A DNA stretch of 12,157 nucleotides from Promethearchaeota archaeon. GTDB lineage: Archaea; Asgardarchaeota; Hermodarchaeia; Hermodarchaeales; Hermodarchaeaceae. The first letter of the stretch is position 1; each line of letters begins with the position of its first letter. The position numbers and the translations under genes were made by a program. Positions 1 through 6,455 of this stretch are shown here, in pieces. Under the pieces are notes generated by a model. The model did no database searches. It saw only the letters and a list, made by a program, of their open reading frames with translations, and was not told the DNA's origin. The stretch lies in assembly GCA_048939625.1 (NCBI GenBank), contig JBHLPH010000040.1, positions 1 through 12,157 of the forward strand, given 5' to 3'.

Positions 1-551
1 TCAAGCATACCTTCACTGAAGCCAATGCGTTGATCGCCAACAAGGAGTTTTGCTATATACTTGGCTTCAATGGGGGTTGCTCGTGTAAATAGGGCTCGAA
101 GCAATCCTGTTTTCCGTTTTCTTGAACCAGGCCCTTGGGCATCAGCAATGTCGATGAATGTGGAATATACATCAGAGATAGTTAAAGCGGTCGAGAAGAG
201 TGTAGATTGTCGGACCGCCCCTGATTGTAAAAATATTTGGTGGATAACTTCACCAATATCCCCGGATTGAGCAAAAAGTGAATGCACCATTTCTGGAGAA
301 GGTTTGAATAATTCATCGAGAATCTGATTTAGAGCCTTCCAGTCCAATGCGAGGGCTCTTTGACTTGTCCGTGGAAACGGTCGCCCGATTAATAGCAGAG
401 CTGCCGCTTCGATTTCATCAGAATTAAGTTGTGAAAGGAAACTCCCAGCTATGTCCATTTTTTCGAGTCGTTTTGTAGTACCCATGATAGCCTCAGAGAC
501 TTTCGCTAGCGTTCGAAACGGTGTAGTTGGAGAAGTTGGAGCCTGAGACAT
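1..551 (-). CDS. lig: ATP-dependent DNA ligase, N-terminal DNA-binding domain (runs off the left edge; absent from the ORF track)
   Basis: Manual translation from ATG at 551: MSQAPTSPTTPFRTLAKVSEAIMGTTKRLEKMDIAGSFL...GDIGEV...LTISDVYSTFIDIADAQGPGSRKRKTGLLRALFTRATPIEAKYIAKLLVGDQRIGFSEGML. This matches the archaeal ligase DBD pattern (GDxG, LTxxxVY, GxGS, EAKYxxxxxxGxxRIG). The frame is open to the window edge. Confidence 0.92.
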   Translation of the reverse strand, partial: MSQAPTSPTTPFRTLAKVSEAIMGTTKRLEKMDIAGSFLSQLNSDEIEAAALLLIGRPFPRTSQRALALDWKALNQILDELFKPSPEMVHSLFAQSGDIGEVIHQIFLQSGAVRQSTLFSTALTISDVYSTFIDIADAQGPGSRKRKTGLLRALFTRATPIEAKYIAKLLVGDQRIGFSEGML

Positions 552-589
552 TAATGAACCCTTCTTTTCTGATTTTTTCTGCGTTCCTA

Positions 590-616
590 CAAGCTTAAAA
601 AGTGTGCTTTAATACA
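590..616. promoter_or_regulatory. Probable divergent TATA-box region between lig and ssb
   Basis: AT-rich CTTAAAAA (594-601) and TTTAATA (608-614) lie about 40-45 nt upstream of the divergent starts at 551 (-) and 653 (+). Confidence 0.4.
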
Positions 617-652
617 TCCTTGTTAAATTTCTGTTACAAAGGTTCTGAGATT

Positions 653-991
653 ATGAAAGTCCATGAATTATCCTCTGCATCCCGAAGCGTCAATATCCGT
701 TTACGTATACTCTCCCTTGAGCCTGTTCGAGATGTTCAGACACGGTATGGAAAAGCACGTGTCACCACAGCACAAGCTGGAGATGAAACAGGAACCATCA
801 AACTTTCACTTTGGAATGATGACATCGATAAAGTCGATGAAGGCACTATTGTGGAAGTGGAAAATGGGTTTATCAAAACTTTTCGTGGTGAAATGGAACT
901 CTCTGCGGGTCGATACGGAACAATAGCAGTCGTTGATGATCCAGAGTTTCCATCACGCGAAGAAATTATGAGCAAGCATCCAGGTGAGTAA
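653..991 (+). CDS. ssb: Single OB-fold ssDNA-binding protein (crenarchaeal SSB/RPA-like)
   Basis: MKVHEL...VNIRLRIL...GDETGTIKLSLWND...EGTIVEVENGFIKTFRGEMELSAGRYG is the archaeal SSB OB-fold signature. ATG 653 is preferred over the ORF-track start at 602. Confidence 0.9.
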   Translation: MKVHELSSASRSVNIRLRILSLEPVRDVQTRYGKARVTTAQAGDETGTIKLSLWNDDIDKVDEGTIVEVENGFIKTFRGEMELSAGRYGTIAVVDDPEFPSREEIMSKHPGE

Positions 992-1039
992 CAATAAATT
1001 AAAGACCCCCCTTTGTTGTTCACATTTGAGGGAAGACAA

Positions 1040-1759
1040 TTGATTATTGAGGCAATTATCGCCTGGTTACATGCCATTGATGCATGGATTGATAGCATCA
1101 TATTGCTCCTTATTTCCTGGGTTCAAGCCCTAGGTCCACTTGGCGTCTTCATCGGCGTGATGATTGAGACGTTTATCGCCCCGCTTCCATCACCACTTGT
1201 ACCCATGGCGGCAGGATTTTTCTTAACTTTGGGATTAGACCCCATTTCACAAATATTGGTTATTCTTTTCAGCGTAATGTTCGTTGGAGCTCTTGCCGCT
1301 ACCATTGGGTCGTTTTTCGGTTATGGAATTGCCTACTTTGGTGGGTATCCTATCATCGAAAGATATGGTAAATATCTGGGAACATCCATTGAAGAAATCG
1401 AGTACATGCGCAAAAACATGGAAAAATCTTCACGCGACGAAATTTACCTCTTCACCGCACGGGCTGTGCCTATCATCCCGCTTTCGGTTGTCTCCCTTCT
1501 TTATGGGGCGATTCGGGCAAACACCAAAAGATTTGCGCTTATTACATTCCTAGGCGCCTTGCCGCGATATTTGGCGTTAGGGCTATTAGGATGGATAATT
1601 GGCGTAGGGTTCACATCTGCAGTACAGATGATTGATTTTTTCGAAACCTTGATTCTTGTGCTCCTCATCATCTTCTTAGTGGTCTTCATCGTTTACAGAA
1701 TAATTATTCGTCGTCGTGCACGACAGGCACAAATTATACCTACTAAAGAAGATGCCTAG
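1040..1759 (+). CDS. DedA/VTT family membrane protein
   Basis: Motifs IETFIAPLPSPLV, ATIGSFFGYGIAYFGG, ARAVPIIP...S...G and F...TFLGALPR, with several hydrophobic helices and a basic C-terminus. TTG 1040 follows GAGGG; 1013 is the alternative start. Confidence 0.9.
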   Translation: MIIEAIIAWLHAIDAWIDSIILLLISWVQALGPLGVFIGVMIETFIAPLPSPLVPMAAGFFLTLGLDPISQILVILFSVMFVGALAATIGSFFGYGIAYFGGYPIIERYGKYLGTSIEEIEYMRKNMEKSSRDEIYLFTARAVPIIPLSVVSLLYGAIRANTKRFALITFLGALPRYLALGLLGWIIGVGFTSAVQMIDFFETLILVLLIIFLVVFIVYRIIIRRRARQAQIIPTKEDA

Positions 1760-2049
1760 GATTCCGTGTGAGGGTCACCTACAACTGCAGGACGCAATTC
1801 AAAGAAAAAGAGCACCTTACACCCCTGTTCTTGAAGATCCGCTTGGAGAGCAGCAGCACGACCCTTAGCATCATGAATCGAGTCGTAAAGTGGCGAAACA
1901 CAAATTGGCATGGTTTCACCTGGTGGAGTAAGACAGCTGAAATCCTCCGGAACTTTCGCCGGTGGAGGGAGTCGGGAGGAGACGCGGAACTTCCCATTAA
2001 GGAGGCTAAGCCATATTTCGGGATATTTACACTCTGTCATGTTAGCCAC
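1756..2049 (-). CDS. Hypothetical protein, about 95 aa
   Basis: Fills the gap between DedA and rnhB. Its stop overlaps the DedA stop in a shared CTAG (1756-1759) and the composition is protein-like. No recognised family; the start could be 2049 or 2040. Confidence 0.55.
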   Translation of the reverse strand: MANMTECKYPEIWLSLLNGKFRVSSRLPPPAKVPEDFSCLTPPGETMPICVSPLYDSIHDAKGRAAALQADLQEQGCKVLFFFELRPAVVGDPHTES

Positions 2050-2126
2050 ACAGATGCAAACTCAGTAAGAACTAATAAGTCTGAGCAGTTGTTAATGGTT
2101 TCGGAAGTATCCTAGTTCCCAAGCTG

Positions 2127-2789
2127 GTGTTGGATTTGACGCAATTAATAGCTGGTATAGATGAAGCTGGTCGGGGTCCAGTCATTGGGCCTCTTGTGAT
2201 TGCAGGTGTAGTGATTACTCCTTCTCAGGAGGCGGCCTTTCTTGAGTGGGGAGTACGTGACTCGAAGCAATTAAGTCCCCGGCGTCGTGAAACCCTTGCT
2301 CATCATATTCGACAAGTGGCGACCAAAGTAGAGGTCCTGGAAATCAGTGCAAAAAAAATCGATTCTGAACGCCAGAAGAAGAGCCTCAACGCCTTGGAGG
2401 TCGATTGGATGGCACAAGTATTGAACCGACTTCGTTGGGACGTGGCTTATGTCGATGCTTCGGATGTCAATGCGGATCGTTATGGTAGAATGATTACTGC
2501 CCAGTTGAAAAATCCCAAGAAGCTAATTAGTGAACACAAAGCTGATTCGGCATATCCCATTGTCGCTGCAGCCTCCATTATAGCAAAAGTTCGACGTGAC
2601 CAACGAATTCGAGAATTCCATGAGCAGTACGGAGACTTTGGGAGTGGGTATCCTAACGATCCCAAAACTCGCCGCTTCCTCACTAAATGGATTAAAACGA
2701 ATAATTCGTACCCAGATATTGTACGGACAAGTTGGGAAACGGCACGAGATATTCTCGCAGCAAATCGCCAGCGAACTCTTCAAGATTAA
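2127..2789 (+). CDS. rnhB: Ribonuclease HII
   Basis: GIDEAGRGPVIGPLV, GVRDSKQL, YVDA, EHKAD, VAAASIIAKVRRD, DFGSGYPNDPKT, VRTSWET. Confidence 0.97.
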   Translation: MLDLTQLIAGIDEAGRGPVIGPLVIAGVVITPSQEAAFLEWGVRDSKQLSPRRRETLAHHIRQVATKVEVLEISAKKIDSERQKKSLNALEVDWMAQVLNRLRWDVAYVDASDVNADRYGRMITAQLKNPKKLISEHKADSAYPIVAAASIIAKVRRDQRIREFHEQYGDFGSGYPNDPKTRRFLTKWIKTNNSYPDIVRTSWETARDILAANRQRTLQD

Positions 2790-2809
2790 AGATTGAGGAA
2801 TTTTAAAAA

Positions 2810-4354
2810 CTAAGACTCTTCTTTTTCAGCTTCTTTCTTCTTTTCCTTCTTTTTTTCTTTCTTCTTCTTTTGTTTCTCTTCTTCCTTCCGTTTTTGTTCC
2901 TCTTCCTTCAGGCGCTTTTCTTCTTCCTTCCGTTTTTGTTCCTCTTCCTTCAGGCGCTTTTTCTCTTCTTCCTTCGCCTGTTTTTCCGCCTCTTTGCGTT
3001 GTTTTTCTTCCTCTTTCCTTCGCTTCTTTTCTTCCTCTTTGCGAAGCTTCTCCTCTTCCTTCCGCTTCTTTTCTTCCTCTTTCTGAATACGCGTAGCCTC
3101 TTTTTCGTCTTCCTCTGTTAATTCTGCGGTATCGGGTGCTTCAGCCTCTGTGTATTCAGGAGGTGGTGTCATTTCGGCTTCCATTTCCGGTAGCTCTTCT
3201 TCACCTTCTTCTTTCTTGCGTTTCTTGCGTTCTTTCATCTTTTCACGCATACGCATATACGTCTCGCTAAGCAGCTCTAAATGGCGTTTCGCGATATCTG
3301 GGTGAATATCCTTCGATTCGAGGCGTTCCTGAATACGAAGCACTAAAAACTCGGGGAAGAAGGCTTCAAAATGCACATCCGCTGTCAACATAATCAACGG
3401 ATCATCCTTACCTGATACTTCAACAGAATCGGAGCCCATCTTCGTTATCACTTGAGCTTGTTCTAGCCGGCGCATGACATTATCCAAAGAAGCTTCTTTC
3501 TCCACAACATTTGTTAATTCAGATTTGTGTGCTATTTTTCTGCGTAACGTCTTTGTCACATCGTAGATATCGGGGTCAAGGAGCAGTTGACCAATCATCA
3601 TGGTATCTTCTTCGGTCCACTGATATTCTTCAAAGAAGCTTTTCACTCGGTTCTCGTACTCATTGTACTGTTGTTTGTTCAATCCACCACTCTTTGCGAG
3701 TTTCAGTGATTGTTCCGGTGGAAACCGAGCACCCAACAAGTCATTCACTAAAAAGACACAGTTATCGGACACGGCGTTAATCCAATCTTCTTCCACCAAG
3801 CCACTCCGAAGTAGCGGCAACGTAACAAGTCCTAAATCAGGATAGTGCTTCCCAGTTTGGAGTTCTAGCCATTCTCGCAACTCCTCTGCCGGAATACCAC
3901 CCCGAGCCAGCTTATGCATGAGTAACCGAGTTTCCTGATCCACGAAGACTTTGGCAAGCCGCTGTTCCACTGATAGCTCCACCATCCGCTTCAGCTTCTC
4001 AAACACTTCACCCAGATACTCAACAAACTCTGGTTCCCCAATATTCTCCACAACCTCCCCTGATGCAAGCGTCAACCCTTCCTCATACGCACGGGGTTCC
4101 TCTTCTAAATCCATAAACAACATAATACAAAACTGATCACGACCCCGTAAAATCCCTGTATAATAACTTGAAACCGCGAGGTTCGTACCCTCAAGGGTCA
4201 TCGTGAGAAAACCTGCTTCGGGTTTACCCATGGCGTGAGCGGTAAATACCCGGAGCATATCATCTTCAGTGACATCCAAGTTTCGCGGGTAGACACCAAC
4301 AACACGAAGCCCAACCTTGTCGTCCCACCTCGCGATTGATAAACCTTTTGGCAT
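2810..4354 (-). CDS. uDENN/longin-like N-terminal domain + two winged-helix-like repeats + E/K/R-rich helical tail (514 aa)
   Basis: The N-terminus MPKGLSIARWDDKVGLRVVGVYP fits the uDENN-type [FW]DxxxGxxxxxxYP pattern. An internal repeat spans about aa 134-215 and 255-340, and a charged tail spans about aa 414-514. RBS GGGAGG lies upstream of ATG 4354. Confidence 0.75.
   Translation of the reverse strand: MPKGLSIARWDDKVGLRVVGVYPRNLDVTEDDMLRVFTAHAMGKPEAGFLTMTLEGTNLAVSSYYTGILRGRDQFCIMLFMDLEEEPRAYEEGLTLASGEVVENIGEPEFVEYLGEVFEKLKRMVELSVEQRLAKVFVDQETRLLMHKLARGGIPAEELREWLELQTGKHYPDLGLVTLPLLRSGLVEEDWINAVSDNCVFLVNDLLGARFPPEQSLKLAKSGGLNKQQYNEYENRVKSFFEEYQWTEEDTMMIGQLLLDPDIYDVTKTLRRKIAHKSELTNVVEKEASLDNVMRRLEQAQVITKMGSDSVEVSGKDDPLIMLTADVHFEAFFPEFLVLRIQERLESKDIHPDIAKRHLELLSETYMRMREKMKERKKRKKEEGEEELPEMEAEMTPPPEYTEAEAPDTAELTEEDEKEATRIQKEEEKKRKEEEKLRKEEEKKRRKEEEKQRKEAEKQAKEEEKKRLKEEEQKRKEEEKRLKEEEQKRKEEEKQKKKKEKKKEKKKEAEKEES
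2877..2960. repeat. Exact 42-bp tandem duplication (2 copies) in the charged-tail coding region
   Basis: tcttcttccttccgtttttgttcctcttccttcaggcgcttt occurs at 2877-2918 and 2919-2960, encoding KRLKEEEQKRKEEE twice on the minus strand. Confidence 0.92.
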
Positions 4355-4523
4355 TATAATTAGCCTCCCGTTTAATTAAATGGTTTCTGTAGCTTTGGGT
4401 TTTAAAGTGACCTATTGGCACTCCTTTTTGACTATTTGGTTTCCCGTATTTAACTTGTTTGTCGGTTCCGGTGTTGAGCTTGTAGTTGTTGTGGCTTTCT
4501 GCATTTTTTCGCAATAAATCAAG

Positions 4524-4541
4524 GTGAAAATAAAAACGAAA
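4524..4541 (-). terminator. Possible oligo-T terminator after the GTPase gene
   Basis: The minus strand reads TTTCGTTTTTATTTTC immediately after the TAG stop at 4542-4544. Confidence 0.35.
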
Positions 4542-5411
4542 CTAATCGGTTGTGGCTTCGGCGACTGCACCGAGGATAATTTTGTAGAGGACTTCGCGGT
4601 AACGGGGATCAATGGCGACGAGACCATATGCTTGGACGCCTAGGATGCGTTGGACGAGTTTGGGGGCGAGAGCACCAGGGAGATCCTGTTTGTTGCCGAT
4701 GGCCCAGACGATGGAAGAGGGCGAGTTTTTGCGGACAATTTCAAGGATGTCGCGGGTTTCGAGTACGTTTTTTAGAGTAGAGTCGGTGACGAGGAGGACG
4801 GCGTCAGCATTACGTAGATAGTAGTTCCAGAGGGAGCGAAAACGGTCCTGACCAGCAAAGTCCCAGACGGCGAGTTCGTAGGGACCAAAGCGGACACCTT
4901 GCAGAGTTTCGATGTCGACAGCAATTGTGGGGTAGTAGTCGCCGGGTATGCTGTCGGCTGTGAGGAGTTTGAGCATGGTAGATTTACCAACGCCACCTTG
5001 CCCTAGGAGGCAGATTTTGAGCATGGTTACGATGACGTTGTCGAGTTCGGAAGCAAAGCCTTTGAAGCCTTCGCCGAGGGGAACTGGTTTCTGGATATAT
5101 GCGTCGATTTCGTGCCCGAATTTGCTGATGAGGAGTTCCCTGGCTTTTTTGAGTGTTGTTTTGATTTTTTCGTCTTCGTCATTCATGTCGACGGCGAAGA
5201 CGAGGAGAAGGTGGGTACCTGCATCAGCATAGATGAATTTGACGTTTTTAACGTGAATGGGTAAGTCGACTTGGCTGCCAAGTTCGGATTCAAAGTGTTT
5301 GTATGTGGCGAGGAATTCTTGGCGTTCTTCGGCACTGATGTCGACGGCCCAGTATTGACGATGAAAGGCAAGGCGTCCGTCACGAGTCATAAGAAAGACG
5401 TTGTGAATCAT
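4542..5411 (-). CDS. Longin domain fused to an Arf-like (Ras-superfamily) small GTPase (289 aa)
   Basis: aa 1-~128 (MIHNVFLMTRDGRLAFHRQY...KFIY...LLLVFAVD) has the adaptin sigma/mu- or SRX-type longin pattern. G1 GQGGVGKST (aa 137-145), G2 YPTI, G3 WDFAGQDRFRSLWNYY, G4 NKQDLPGA, atypical G5 region GLVAID. Confidence 0.92.
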   Translation of the reverse strand: MIHNVFLMTRDGRLAFHRQYWAVDISAEERQEFLATYKHFESELGSQVDLPIHVKNVKFIYADAGTHLLLVFAVDMNDEDEKIKTTLKKARELLISKFGHEIDAYIQKPVPLGEGFKGFASELDNVIVTMLKICLLGQGGVGKSTMLKLLTADSIPGDYYPTIAVDIETLQGVRFGPYELAVWDFAGQDRFRSLWNYYLRNADAVLLVTDSTLKNVLETRDILEIVRKNSPSSIVWAIGNKQDLPGALAPKLVQRILGVQAYGLVAIDPRYREVLYKIILGAVAEATTD

Positions 5412-5432
5412 AGTATGGGTTTCTCCATGGGA

Positions 5433-6449
5433 TTATTCTGCGCGGGTGTGCGCCTTTTTCTGTGCAGTTGTGCGTCTTCGATGTGTATGATTGGGAAGCT
5501 TTTTTTCGTCGGAGCTGAGCAATGTTCGTAGTTCTCGGTAATTTCGACGTAATGATGTACGTGAACAACCTACAAGTTCGATTATATCGTTTTCGGGTAT
5601 TGATTCTCCGGTTTGTTTTGCACTATAATAAGCAATAGATGCAGCGATGATGGGTCGGGGATGACCTTGGAAGAGCCCTTCTTGGTTCACATATTCAACA
5701 ATATTGTGGGCGTATTCCTCGGTTTCGTGTTCCACTTCGAGAATAGCAAAGAGGCGATCCAGGATGGCGTGAACCGGTTCACCCCACGATCCGGGTTTTT
5801 GGTCTTTGAATTTTTGACGTTCGTTATCGTAGTCTTCGAGGATTCGTTGAATCCCCACCCGTATTAGTTGACGGGCATTTGCTAACTGAATTTGGCGTTG
5901 ACGGCGAATATATCGAGGGCACTGTGGGTAGCCTGGCATATCATAAATGGTGAGATAGCATTGCTTCTTAACAACGCGACAAAAAGAGGTTAATTCGCTG
6001 TTTTTGATTGGGCGTTCATACATGTAGGGGCACAGTGATTGATCGCGGGACCCACCACGGCGTTCGATATTCCGATAACTATCGGAGAGGATTTGGCGGT
6101 ACCGTCGTTTTCGGTTCGCCGGATTGCCCGCAGTTTTGATGATTCGTTGCAAAGTTTTGTACAGAATTTCTTTATAAGCCGAAGCTTCTTCCTCGGCAGT
6201 GAGTAGAACGGTGAGACAAACATCATCGTCAGCACCTTCGCGTTTTGCACGTGTGCAAGTAACAGCAGCCCGTTCTTTAACTTCTTTAGTGGGAAAGACT
6301 TGAAAAGAGGTGCCATTACCTTCGGGAGCACAACTATAATACATCAGAGAAAGCTCGCTTTCGTCGAGGTCCAAAGAGGCAGGATATTTGGATAGAATCT
6401 TGAGTCCTTCTTTGGTGTCCCACTGACTGACGACAAGCCCCCGAGGGAT
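5433..6449 (-). CDS. uDENN/longin-like + Cys4 motif + TFB/TFIIB C-terminal cyclin-fold fusion (338 aa from proposed ATC start; ORF track starts at TTG 6374)
   Basis: The frame is open upstream of 6374 as IPRGLVVSQWDTKEGLKILSKYPAS, which aligns with the N-terminus of 2810-4354. It contains C-x16-C-x6-C-x12-C. The C-terminal ILDRLFAILEV...A.NIVEYV..EGLFQGHPRPIIAASIAYYSAKQTGESIPENDIIELVGCSRTSLRRNYREL matches the second TFB cyclin repeat. Confidence 0.82.
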   Translation of the reverse strand: MPRGLVVSQWDTKEGLKILSKYPASLDLDESELSLMYYSCAPEGNGTSFQVFPTKEVKERAAVTCTRAKREGADDDVCLTVLLTAEEEASAYKEILYKTLQRIIKTAGNPANRKRRYRQILSDSYRNIERRGGSRDQSLCPYMYERPIKNSELTSFCRVVKKQCYLTIYDMPGYPQCPRYIRRQRQIQLANARQLIRVGIQRILEDYDNERQKFKDQKPGSWGEPVHAILDRLFAILEVEHETEEYAHNIVEYVNQEGLFQGHPRPIIAASIAYYSAKQTGESIPENDIIELVGCSRTSLRRNYRELRTLLSSDEKKLPNHTHRRRTTAQKKAHTRAE

Positions 6450-6455
6450 AATAAG

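Noticed and set aside
1768-2115. 115-aa plus-strand ORF between dedA and rnhB
   Set aside because: It overlaps the minus-strand 1756-2049 ORF, has an atypical Trp/Arg-rich composition and no RBS. It is judged the less likely frame, though not excluded.
2877-2960. Direct repeat as a possible CRISPR array
   Set aside because: Two abutting copies with no spacers, in frame inside a CDS.
2870-3121. 83-aa Phe/Leu-rich plus-strand ORF that looks like a membrane protein
   Set aside because: It is the antisense shadow of the GAA/AAG-rich E/K tail of the 2810-4354 gene.
4412-4627. 71-aa minus-strand ORF with a hydrophobic stretch and Thr-rich part (or its 30-aa ATG-initiated tail)
   Set aside because: It overlaps the GTPase 3' end. 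The hydrophobic stretch derives from the T-rich terminator-like tract, and there is no RBS or recognisable motif.
5433-6449. Calling this gene canonical tfb
   Set aside because: It lacks the Zn ribbon, B-reader/linker and a recognisable first cyclin repeat; only one cyclin repeat is evident.
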